A stretch of DNA of 64,000 nucleotides from the NCBI RefSeq assembly GCF_003334815.1, contig NZ_QOWO01000014.1. One strand, written 5' to 3'. A program made the translations under genes and the position numbers. Under the pieces are notes generated by a model. The model saw only the letters and a list, made by a program, of their open reading frames with translations. It had not been told where the DNA came from and ran no database searches. Within the stretch, counting starts at the first letter, position 1. Every line of letters begins with the position of its first letter. This DNA comes from Escherichia coli (GTDB taxonomy: Bacteria; Pseudomonadota; Gammaproteobacteria; Enterobacterales; Enterobacteriaceae). Below are positions 46,949 through 55,529 of the stretch, in pieces.

Positions 46949-47423
46949 TTATAAAAAAAACTTATTATTTATTTTAGTTTTTATCAGTGGGTTTATTCTC
47001 TTCACTGTCTATTCTTACACTGCAGAAAAAATGATATATAACGAAACATGCACTGCAAATTGGGTAATTTTTAATGACCAGGGACGAGCAAATCTTACCA
47101 TCGACTTTATGTATAACAAAAAAAATAAAACAGGAACTGTTGCGTTGAGTGGAACCTGGCAACAAGGTAACAGAGAAAGTAAATCAATACGGCGAAATAT
47201 TGAATACACATGGATTGAAAACTATGACACAGCCCATTTAACATCAAAGAAAGTTAATAAGTTTGAGATTATGGATCAAGTTGATGATGATAGACTTGCA
47301 CAACTTATTCCTGATTTTTATGTCTTTCCAGAAAAAAGTGTAAGCTATAATATACTAAAGCAAGGTAAGCATGCTTTTATTTTGAGCATTGGTAACAGAG
47401 CAATAATGCATTGTGCAAGGTAA
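46941..47423 (+). CDS. yqeJ: YqeJ, N-terminally anchored extracytoplasmic protein (160 aa, GTG start)
   Basis: ORF 46929..47423. The GTG at 46941 overlaps the yqeI stop (GTGATTGA). TM segment LLFILVFISGFILFTVYSY. Confidence 0.75.
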   Translation: MIDYKKNLLFILVFISGFILFTVYSYTAEKMIYNETCTANWVIFNDQGRANLTIDFMYNKKNKTGTVALSGTWQQGNRESKSIRRNIEYTWIENYDTAHLTSKKVNKFEIMDQVDDDRLAQLIPDFYVFPEKSVSYNILKQGKHAFILSIGNRAIMHCAR

Positions 47424-47571
47424 ACTAAAATAGATAACAAAAAGATGGAACCTCGTTAATCATAAAACAATAAAATTAAATATTCTCGCAGTATATGGCA
47501 GTCTAAAGCATCAAAGATTTGATCAACATCTTTCATTTTAGACATCTCCTTGCAATGTAAAATATCATGTA

Positions 47572-47997
47572 TCAACAACATCTGGTGCAAATCCATGAGT
47601 TGAACTCGACATTCATCTTAGCTCGATTATTATTCCTTCGTACAGTCGATGTAAACAATACAGAAAGAGGATTATTAAGAACCAGTTTACTCAGTGAATC
47701 AATAGAGGAAAGGACTAACGTTTCTTTAAAAGAATTGATTTCATCATCTGTTAAACTAAACTCATCATTGACAGATCGTGAGATATAACTGTTTTTAACT
47801 TTACTCTTTACGTTGACTTTATTGACAGAATTAACATTCACATATCTTGAATTTAATGTCCATGATGTTGTTTGCGTGAGAACATTCTCAGCATTAAGGA
47901 ATTTTTTTAACGGAATCCTTGGTTTCTTTTTCGAGTCCGAATTTACAATATCATGCATATAGACCATTTCATGAATCTGCGAAAATTCAATGTCCAT
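47572..47997 (-). CDS. yqeK: YqeK, ETT2 hypothetical protein (141 aa)
   Basis: ORF 47572..48009, with ATG at 47997 ([18 protein letters not shown]...). AT-rich island codon usage. I recognise no domain. Confidence 0.65.
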   Translation of the reverse strand: MDIEFSQIHEMVYMHDIVNSDSKKKPRIPLKKFLNAENVLTQTTSWTLNSRYVNVNSVNKVNVKSKVKNSYISRSVNDEFSLTDDEINSFKETLVLSSIDSLSKLVLNNPLSVLFTSTVRRNNNRAKMNVEFNSWICTRCC

Positions 47998-48036
47998 TGT
48001 ATACCTCACATTTTTACCGTGACTCGATGTTACTGT

Positions 48037-48120
48037 TCAATAATCACCTTCCATCAATACTAAAATTAATACCCCTAATGTGCCGATAACAAATATAGTC
48101 ATTCTACGTAACGTCTCCAT
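48037..48120 (-). CDS. yqeL: Small hydrophobic ORF (27 codons), possibly the small membrane protein YqeL
   Basis: Not in the ORF track because it is too short. ATG at 48120-48118 gives METLRRMTIFVIGTLGVLILVLMEGDY-stop, a single predicted TM helix. Same strand as yqeK and just upstream of it. Confidence 0.4.
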   Translation of the reverse strand: METLRRMTIFVIGTLGVLILVLMEGDY

Positions 48121-48190
48121 AAGGTGATATTTGACATTATCAGAAGCTGCGAATTCGGATTTTGCTCTAATCAAATGAGAGAAATGTAAA

Positions 48191-48637
48191 ATGAAGCCAC
48201 GAAATATTAATAATAGCCTACCACTGCAACCATTAGTTCCTGATCAGGAGAACAAAAATAAGAAAAATGAAGAGAAATCCGTTAATCCAGTTAAAATCAC
48301 AATGGGGTCTGGTTTAAATTATATTGAACAAGAATCTCTTGGAGGAAAATATCTAACACATGATTTGTCAATAAAGATAGCGGATATTTCTGAAGAGATA
48401 ATTCAGCAAGCAATATTATCTGCTATGAGCATATATAAATTTTCGATAACAGATGATTTAATGAGTATGGCTGTAAATGAACTCATAAAACTGACCAAAA
48501 TAGAGAATAATGTAGACCTGAATAAATTCACTACTATATGCACAGACGTTCTATCCCCCCGCGTCACCAGACATAATAAAGAAAAAAACAAACGACATTC
48601 TACCCTTCTCAAAAATCCCCTTTTTAATTTTCATTGA
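48191..48637 (+). CDS. ygeF: YgeF, ETT2 hypothetical protein (148 aa)
   Basis: Full ORF immediately upstream of the chaperone gene ygeG. Lys/Asn-rich termini. I recognise no domain. Confidence 0.6.
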   Translation: MKPRNINNSLPLQPLVPDQENKNKKNEEKSVNPVKITMGSGLNYIEQESLGGKYLTHDLSIKIADISEEIIQQAILSAMSIYKFSITDDLMSMAVNELIKLTKIENNVDLNKFTTICTDVLSPRVTRHNKEKNKRHSTLLKNPLFNFH

Positions 48638-48904
48638 AAAAATGGCAATTGATACTATGAATCCAGGTCATACACATTAAGGCATTTATGTAATGTCGTA
48701 ATTAAGATAACTAATAAGGTGAATATTAGTAAAACAACTAATGATGTTATTAGTTTGTAGTGAACAGTACTTTTACCAATAATGAAAAATATACCATAAG
48801 CAATGCAAGCTTAAAACTCATAATTTAAAAAAGATAAATATAAAAATATCAATGAGTCAATCAATAATAATTTGGCATCACGAGACACATCACAGAGGAA
48901 TATT

Positions 48905-49396
48905 ATGAGCACAGAAACAATTGAAATATTCAATAATAGTGATGAATGGGCAAATCAACTAAAACACGCATTATCGAAAGGAGAAAATCTGGCATTACTA
49001 CATGGTTTAACTCCTGATATCCTTGATAGAATATATGCATATGCATTCGACTACCATGAAAAGGGTAATATAACGGACGCAGAAATTTATTATAAATTCT
49101 TGTGCATTTATGCGTTCGAAAATCATGAGTATCTAAAAGATTTTGCATCAGTATGTCAGCCCAAAAAGAAATATCAACAAGCATATGACCTTTACAAACT
49201 AAGTTACAATTACTTCCCGTATGATGACTATTCAGTTATTTATCGTATGGGTCAATGTCAGATTGGGGCTAAAAATATCGATAACGCAATGCAATGTTTC
49301 TATCACATTATTAACAATTGTGAGGATGATAGTGTTAAGAGTAAAGCGCAGGCATATATTGAACTCTTAAACGATAATTCAGAAGATAATGGCTAA
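48905..49396 (+). CDS. ygeG: Class II T3SS chaperone (SicA/IpgC/LcrH-like TPR protein) YgeG (163 aa)
   Basis: ORF 48872..49396. The ATG at 48905 follows AGAGGAA. TPR-like repeats (AEIYYKFLCIYAFENHEYLKDFASV..., YRMGQCQIGAKNIDNAMQCF). Confidence 0.85.
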   Translation: MSTETIEIFNNSDEWANQLKHALSKGENLALLHGLTPDILDRIYAYAFDYHEKGNITDAEIYYKFLCIYAFENHEYLKDFASVCQPKKKYQQAYDLYKLSYNYFPYDDYSVIYRMGQCQIGAKNIDNAMQCFYHIINNCEDDSVKSKAQAYIELLNDNSEDNG

Positions 49397-49421
49397 GCAT
49401 TACAATCATTTGGTTAAATTT

Positions 49422-49455
49422 GCTGGTTATAGTGCAGTTAACCACTATAACCAGC
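49422..49455 (+). terminator. Strong hairpin downstream of ygeG (probable terminator)
   Basis: Perfect 13-bp stem GCTGGTTATAGTG-CAGTTAAC-CACTATAACCAGC. The downstream T-tract is interrupted. Confidence 0.5.
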
Positions 49456-49730
49456 ACCTCTTATGTTTTCTTAAATCAGCATCTTAAAACAGTTAAGAGC
49501 ATACTATAAATCATTATTTTTCAATGCGTTAGAGAACAATCTACTTTATCAAAATTGAATAAGGCTATTTCAGATTACATCACTGAATTCCTAAGATAAA
49601 TTAGTGAACACAACCATAGATATGTCAAATGCAATTTCCTGTAGCGTTAATGACACATAAATATGAATAGCCATAATTTCTATTGCTTAAGCAGGATGCA
49701 AGAAACCAATTTTTTCATAGAGGTTAACTA

Positions 49731-51107
49731 ATGGACTTAGAAAATAAATTCTCATATCATTTTCTTGAGGGATTAACGCTCACGGAAGATGGAATTCTTA
49801 CTCAAGGAAATGAGCAAGTTTATATTCCACAGAAAGAGTTAGGTGTATTAATAGTATTACTTGAATCCGCTGGTCATGTTGTACTGAAAGATATGATCAT
49901 CGAATCAGTATGGAAAAATATTATTGTTAGTGACGAGTCCCTGACAAGATGTATCTATTCTTTGCGCTGCATTTTTGAAAAAATTGGCTATGATCGTTGC
50001 ATAGAAACAATCTACCGGAAAGGTTATCGTTTCAGCGGGCAGGTTTTCAAAACTAAAATTAATGAAGATAATACTTCAGACTATTCCATAGCTATATTCC
50101 CTTTCACTACTTCATTGAATACACTGGATCCATTAATACTTAATCAGGAATTAGTGCAAATCATTTCAAATAAAAAAATCGATGGTCTCTATACCTATCC
50201 GATGGCTGCGACAAATTTTTGTAATGATCACATATCTCAAAATTCATTCTTGAGCAGATTCAAGCCAGATTATTTCGTTACAGGAAGAATAAACCAGAAT
50301 AATGCAGTGAACACTTTATACATTGAGTTGATCGACGCTAAAAACCTTTTCCTCATCGCCAGTAATCATCTCCCTGTTGATGAACTACATAATACATCAC
50401 AATTTATTATAGATAATATCCTTCAAACGGTACATAAACCAAAACGATCTGTAAGATTAGCTAAGCAGGACCAAGGATATAAGAATCATTATTTATCAGA
50501 TGAAATGTTAGCCGGAAAGAAAGAACTTTACGACTTCACCCCTGAAAGCATTTACAGGGCCATGACTATATTTGATAGATTACAAAATAAAAGTGATATA
50601 CAGACGCTAAAAACAGAATGTTATTGCCTTCTAGCGGAATGCCATATGTCTTTGGCACTTCATGGAAAAAGTGAACTTGAACTTGCTGCTCAAAAAGCAT
50701 TAGAGCTTTTAGATTATGTATCAGACATAACCACTGTCGATGGAAAAATTTTAGCTATTATGGGACTGATAACTGGTCTGTCTGGACAAGCAAAAGTATC
50801 TCATATCTTATTTGAACAGGCTAAGATACACTCAACTGATATAGCCTCTCTCTACTACTATAGGGCACTAGTCCACTTTCATAATGAAAAAATTGAAGAG
50901 GCAAGGATTTGTATAGACAAATCACTACAACTCGAACCCAGAAGACGAAAAGCAGTTGTGATAAAAGAATGTGTAGATATGTATGTGCCTAACCCGCTCA
51001 AAAACAACATTAAACTCTACTATAAAGAAACTGAGAGTGAAAGCCATCGAGTTATAATTGACAACATTTTGAAATTAAAGCAGCTGACGAGAATTTGTAT
51101 GCGATAA
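49731..51107 (+). CDS. ygeH: HilA-like regulator YgeH (OmpR/ToxR-type wHTH plus TPR region, 458 aa)
   Basis: N-terminal winged helix (...[32 protein letters not shown]) and a long helical-repeat C-terminal part. Its position upstream of the iagB-like gene mirrors hilA-iagB. Confidence 0.85.
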   Translation: MDLENKFSYHFLEGLTLTEDGILTQGNEQVYIPQKELGVLIVLLESAGHVVLKDMIIESVWKNIIVSDESLTRCIYSLRCIFEKIGYDRCIETIYRKGYRFSGQVFKTKINEDNTSDYSIAIFPFTTSLNTLDPLILNQELVQIISNKKIDGLYTYPMAATNFCNDHISQNSFLSRFKPDYFVTGRINQNNAVNTLYIELIDAKNLFLIASNHLPVDELHNTSQFIIDNILQTVHKPKRSVRLAKQDQGYKNHYLSDEMLAGKKELYDFTPESIYRAMTIFDRLQNKSDIQTLKTECYCLLAECHMSLALHGKSELELAAQKALELLDYVSDITTVDGKILAIMGLITGLSGQAKVSHILFEQAKIHSTDIASLYYYRALVHFHNEKIEEARICIDKSLQLEPRRRKAVVIKECVDMYVPNPLKNNIKLYYKETESESHRVIIDNILKLKQLTRICMR

Positions 51108-51274
51108 ATTTTTATTGACGCAATTTTATTATTTAGATGTATGCAACTTGTTATTTAAACAACAGAGATAAAAATATCTAAGATATTCACCTTATTGCAA
51201 GATATTTAAAATGCTCTAGAGTTAAAAGTATGATGTAAAGACCATTGGCCTGGACAATTAAAAAAGGGAGCTTT

Positions 51275-51493
51275 ATGACTAATCCAATCGGTATCAATAA
51301 TTTATCTCAAAGTTCAAATATAGCGAATGCAACGGGTGATGAAGTCGTATCATTAGATAAACACATCAACACCAGTGCTACTGATACAGATCAAATACAA
51401 GCATTTATAGTTTCAACATGGATGGCGCCTTTTCAAAATGATATGTATTCAGAAGATAATCCTATCTCACCTTACTATAAAATTGAGTGGTAG
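51275..51493 (+). CDS. ygeI: YgeI, small ETT2 protein (72 aa)
   Basis: ORF 51245..51493. The ATG at 51275 is preceded by AAGGGAG. Product starts MTNPIGINNLSQSSNIANATGDEV. Confidence 0.7.
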   Translation: MTNPIGINNLSQSSNIANATGDEVVSLDKHINTSATDTDQIQAFIVSTWMAPFQNDMYSEDNPISPYYKIEW

Positions 51494-51514
51494 ACGATTG
51501 ACCAAATAAATCAT

Positions 51515-51544
51515 AACGAGATACTTTTATAATAGTATCTCGTT
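51515..51544 (+). terminator. Hairpin between ygeI and pbl
   Basis: AACGAGATAC-TTTTATAATA-GTATCTCGTT, a perfect 10-bp stem. No clean T-tract follows. Confidence 0.4.
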
Positions 51545-51575
51545 CCTTTCATTCAATCCTCACACATGAAAAAAT

Positions 51576-52052
51576 ATGCGCTCACCAAAAGTTAAATTCT
51601 TAACCATCTTCACGTTTTGTATATTTATTACAAAAATGTCTTTCGCCAGCAACTCTTGCTCTAATGAAGCAGGAACAATGTTCAGAATCGAACCAAATTT
51701 AATTAAAGCTATCGCTCTTGTTGAAAGCAATCTAAAAAAGGATAGCATAGGCAAGAACAGAGATAAGAATAACAATATAAAGAGTTTAGATTATTGGTTA
51801 ATGCAGATAAACCAGATGCATATTCCCCTGTTAAAAAAACGTGGAATAATAAAAGATGAACGAGATTTGTTAGATAACCCTTGTCTGAACATTAAAATAG
51901 GAACCGAGATTTTATATAACCATTTTTCACGTTGTGGAGTAACGTGGCAATGCCTGAGGACTTATAATGCGGGTTTTGCAATGGATAACCAAAAAAAGAG
52001 ACAGCAATATGCCCCAAAATATATATTGTATATACCAGGCTTAATGAACTAG
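51576..52052 (+). CDS. pbl: IagB/IpgF-like lytic transglycosylase (158 aa)
   Basis: Signal peptide MRSPKVKFLTIFTFCIFITKMSFA. SLT motifs ALVES (catalytic Glu), LMQIN and YNAG. Confidence 0.8.
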   Translation: MRSPKVKFLTIFTFCIFITKMSFASNSCSNEAGTMFRIEPNLIKAIALVESNLKKDSIGKNRDKNNNIKSLDYWLMQINQMHIPLLKKRGIIKDERDLLDNPCLNIKIGTEILYNHFSRCGVTWQCLRTYNAGFAMDNQKKRQQYAPKYILYIPGLMN

Positions 52053-52096
52053 ACAATCGTAAGGCTTCAGCAAAATGAGCCTAAAGCCTCTTTTTT

Positions 52097-52729
52097 TTAT
52101 ATAGTGCAAACACCCATACGTAAAGCTGTTTTGATCAACTCGATACCACTGTGAACATCTAATTTCTTCATGATATTGAGTCTATGAGTTTCGACTGTTT
52201 TCCTGCTTAACTGCAAGAAATTAGCGATTTCTTTGTTTGTTTTACCATCAGCTATGAGTTGTAATATTTCTGACTCACGATTTGTAAGTTGATTATCAGA
52301 GGAATACCTGGAAGATATTTTTTCACAATCCATATGTACACTATCAAAATAAGTGTAACCATTACTAATCGAATCAATAGCACGATTTAGTTTCGCCGGG
52401 TGACTGGTTTTCCATACGCATCCTTTCGCACCTGCTTCAAGCAATTTTATTGAATCAATATACGGCATCTTTGCTACAAATGTAATAATATGAGCATCTA
52501 TCTTATGCGATTTAACCCATTTTACGAGTTCGGCCCCCATCATTCCACCTGCAAATTCTCCTAAAATAAATATTTAGGCTGTAGATTTGTTACACTCCGC
52601 TATAGCTTTCTTCAGATCTTTATAGCCCCCAACAACCTCATATAAATCAGGATAATGTCCGAGAAATCCAATTATCCCATCAATCATAAACGGCTGCTGA
52701 TCTGAAACTACAATTTTAATTTTTCCCAT
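52097..52729 (-). pseudogene. ygeK: NarL/FixJ-family response regulator YgeK (SsrB-like), interrupted by an in-frame TAA at codon 52
   Basis: ATG at 52729 gives [51 protein letters not shown], then TAA (52576-52574). The same frame continues as [19 protein letters not shown]... into ORF 52097..52543, which carries the LuxR HTH. Confidence 0.88.
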
Positions 52730-52950
52730 ATATTCATCCTGAGTGTAAATGCTTTAACGCATTCATTTATAATCATCCCTTCCATTATTATTATAAGCAA
52801 AATCCAAAGAATACATTGATGAAATAATAATGAAATATAATTAAAAATAAAATTTTTGCGTAAAAAAATACCACAGGCATTAAAAAATCATGAGATGATT
52901 AAAATATTACAATTAGATTATATTCAAATCATTAAACTTGAGCCAGGGAG

Positions 52951-53658
52951 CTATAAGTCCTCAGGGCTTGCCAAAACAGAATTATTCATATCCAAAGAAT
53001 GTGTTTCAAACATTTTTTCAACTAAATAATGTCTGGCTTGTTCGCAGATTTCGTTAACCTTGTCAGGGGAGAAACAATGATTATTAATTAAATATTGTTC
53101 ACAATTATCCACAAATTCCTGCGGACTAAATTCAGCAATAAATTGATCGGTAAAAAACACAAAACGCTTATCATCATGAAATGTAATATGGACATTCCAT
53201 ATTGATTTGTCGACAAAATATGACTCTACTTCAAGAGACTTATCTTTGAAACTGGTAGGTATATGGAGATTTACAGGACCTGATATTGATGGTAATTTTG
53301 TTACCCAACTTTCAAAAATTTTGATAAAAACATCAACTTCTTCTGAAGGTTTTAACAATATACTCTTCAGATCGTTTATCATGTTTATTCTTTTTTTTTC
53401 AAGTTCTGAGCATAGCAAGCTTATCAAGGGTATAAAATTATCCATCTCATCAATAATGCCTTTTGTATAGCCATCATAATAACCTTGAATAAATTTTTCT
53501 TCTCTCTTTTCCTCAATACTCTGAATTTTTGCGGTGGTTTCAAGAAGGATTTTTTCTTTAAGAGAAACTATTTCTTTCAATCCATCAGAAATTTTTCTTT
53601 TAATCACAACACCATTTGCAGGAGATTTTATCAAGCTCATCTCTATTTTTTTTCGCAT
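52951..53658 (-). CDS. ygeN: OrgB/SctL-like T3SS stator protein (235 aa; ortholog of the K-12 ygeN remnant)
   Basis: Position after the orgA-like gene, size close to OrgB, and a coiled-coil-type N-terminal half. Its start overlaps the orgA-like stop by 16 nt. Confidence 0.7.
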   Translation of the reverse strand: MRKKIEMSLIKSPANGVVIKRKISDGLKEIVSLKEKILLETTAKIQSIEEKREEKFIQGYYDGYTKGIIDEMDNFIPLISLLCSELEKKRINMINDLKSILLKPSEEVDVFIKIFESWVTKLPSISGPVNLHIPTSFKDKSLEVESYFVDKSIWNVHITFHDDKRFVFFTDQFIAEFSPQEFVDNCEQYLINNHCFSPDKVNEICEQARHYLVEKMFETHSLDMNNSVLASPEDL

Positions 53659-54178
53659 AAAATGTAATTCTCTAAAAGTGTTGATGCAAGTGGTAACGGC
53701 GATTGTATGTGGTCAACAAAATCAGGAAATAATAAATTAAATCGTTGCTGCATTGCCAATGGTTGTTGCCTTATATAGGGTAACAACGTTGAAAAACCAC
53801 ATGTGATGATATTGTGATAGTTAGCGATGCCGGGTTTGTATCGTGCCTTTTCATTTATTTCCAGCGGTATAGCTGATAAATAATCCCTTAGTACATCAGG
53901 AACCTTATAAAAAAACCCGCGTTCTGCAAACCTTTCTCGATAAAAGTGACAACCACTGAGTAAACAGATCAATGGAAGTAAATTCCAATTGTTTATGTAG
54001 TAAATAAGTGAACTATTCAGATTAAAATGTTCAACTGAAAGATTATACTGCAGGAGAATCATTTCATTGGTAATAGATCTCAGCACCGGATTGTTAATAG
54101 GTGTATTATTCAAGCTTACTCGTTGAGATGAATATAACTAATTGGATCATATATAATCTTTCTTAGGGCAAGATTCAT
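53643..54178 (-). pseudogene. ygeO: OrgA/SctK-like T3SS sorting-platform gene, frameshifted (ortholog of the K-12 ygeO remnant)
   Basis: ATG at 54178 gives MNLALRKIIYDPISYIHLNE, then a stop at 54118-54116. That peptide carries the SctK N-terminal motif I(I/F)DPxxYIH. The rest of the protein (LLPLICLLSGCHFYRERFAERG, QRFNLLFPDF) is in the -1 frame, ORF 53643..54113, which has only a TTG start. Confidence 0.8.
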
Positions 54179-54193
54179 AACGTTCTCATATGT

Positions 54194-54928
54194 CTACTTA
54201 ATTTTCAACCTGACTAAATTAGTTAGAATGGCCCTATACTTCCATAACAGCCAGCAAGTCGCTACGGATATTAATGCAAGTAAGATAGAAACCGGCATAG
54301 CCTTATCATAAGCAAAAACAGGTTCGCTAATTTCATATGTTGGTGCTTGCTCAATAATGTCTCTTCGTTTTGACAATACAACAGAAATATTCTCATATTG
54401 TACGCTTGCAAAACTATTAACAATAAATCTCTTTATGTCATTTATTTTTATTTCTGGATTGATATCTTTTTCATATACTGCAAGTACAGAAATATGAATT
54501 GGTAAAGCAGTTTTACCACTATCGCCAGTATCAACATCGTAACTAACATGTACTCTCGAAGAAACAATACCATCCATAATTTTGAGAGATTGCTCTAACC
54601 GCTGCTCAATAGCAGAATATAGCCTTGCTTTTTCCGCTCGTGGAGATGAAACGAGTGCATCTGCAGGGAACATCTGCGATATTTGAATATCAGGCTTACC
54701 CGGGAGATTGTAGATTTTTAGCCAATCCACCGCAGAAGCAAAATCCGTTGGTTCAACATAGATTGAGAATCCAGTTTTGCCTTGATCCTTCTTTTCAGCA
54801 TTAATATTATGTCTTTGTAAAACAGCAAGGACACCATTAGCTTGCTGTTGATCAAGATGGTTCAGTAATTCCTGCTGCTTGCAGCCGCACAACAGCAGGA
54901 TAAACAATAATAATGATATATATTTCAT
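54194..54928 (-). CDS. eprK: T3SS inner-membrane ring lipoprotein EprK (PrgK/SctJ, 244 aa)
   Basis: Lipobox LLLCGC. YscJ/FliF-family sequence (LLNHLDQQQANGVLAVLQRHNINAEK) and a C-terminal TM. Confidence 0.9.
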   Translation of the reverse strand: MKYISLLLFILLLCGCKQQELLNHLDQQQANGVLAVLQRHNINAEKKDQGKTGFSIYVEPTDFASAVDWLKIYNLPGKPDIQISQMFPADALVSSPRAEKARLYSAIEQRLEQSLKIMDGIVSSRVHVSYDVDTGDSGKTALPIHISVLAVYEKDINPEIKINDIKRFIVNSFASVQYENISVVLSKRRDIIEQAPTYEISEPVFAYDKAMPVSILLALISVATCWLLWKYRAILTNLVRLKIK

Positions 54929-55257
54929 GAGCGGGTCAACGTCTCAACTGCAGCGACAATTTTTCTTGCTAATGTTCCCACCAATGAAACCTCGACATTA
55001 TAATTAAGCACATGATCCTGCAAGACTAATAATTTTTCAGGAGTTAATCCTTTTTTATCAGACGTTAATGCTTGTAACGCATTTTGCTGCCAATTTTCAG
55101 TTTGTACAGCATAGTTAGCAAAAGCGGAGATCATTTTATCATCCGGGTTGTCAAGATTGAGAACCCGGTCATTTAAATCAATCACTTTCGCTTGCTGTAT
55201 TTCATGAGCAGTTGATTGCTCAGCTCTATCAATAGGTGGCATATTGCTTACTGACAT
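54925..55257 (-). CDS. eprJ: T3SS inner rod protein EprJ (PrgJ/SctI, about 110 aa)
   Basis: ORF 54925..55308. The ATG at 55257 follows AAGGA, and the upstream part would overlap eprI. Its stop overlaps the eprK start (ATGA). Confidence 0.8.
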   Translation of the reverse strand: MSVSNMPPIDRAEQSTAHEIQQAKVIDLNDRVLNLDNPDDKMISAFANYAVQTENWQQNALQALTSDKKGLTPEKLLVLQDHVLNYNVEVSLVGTLARKIVAAVETLTRS

Positions 55258-55276
55258 AATAAAATCCTTATCCAGT

Positions 55277-55516
55277 TTAGCGGAAGTTTTGTATGATTGC
55301 CGAATCAAGATCTTTATACGCTTTTACAACGTTAGATTGCGCATTTCGATATAATGTATACTCAGCTAATGCACTTTGATATTCGGCAAGGAATTTCGGG
55401 TCGGAAGGATTGGTTGCTAAATCCTCCAACGCTTTTTCAACTTGCTGGTTCAGATCATCAACGCCCTGATCAAATTGTTTGCTGATGTCCATAATATAAC
55501 CATTCCAATCTGCCAT
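55277..55516 (-). CDS. eprI: T3SS needle filament protein EprI (PrgI/MxiH/SctF, 79 aa)
   Basis: MADWNGYIMDISKQFDQGVDDLNQQVEKALEDLATNPSDPKFLAEYQSALAEYTLYRNAQSNVVKAYKDLDSAIIQNFR. Canonical needle helix-PxxP-helix with a QNFR C-terminus. SD GAGGAAG. Confidence 0.93.
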   Translation of the reverse strand: MADWNGYIMDISKQFDQGVDDLNQQVEKALEDLATNPSDPKFLAEYQSALAEYTLYRNAQSNVVKAYKDLDSAIIQNFR

Positions 55517-55529
55517 AAGTCTTCCTCAA

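Noticed and set aside
51566-51595. Alternative short ORF ATGAAAAAATATGCGCTCACCAAAAGTTAA just upstream of, and out of frame with, pbl, suggesting pbl might be frameshifted at its 5' end.
   Set aside because: The ORF from ATG 51576 already provides a complete, well-formed signal peptide and all SLT motifs, so no frameshift needs to be invoked. I could not verify the C-terminal end (…YAPKYILYIPGLMN) against IagB without an alignment.
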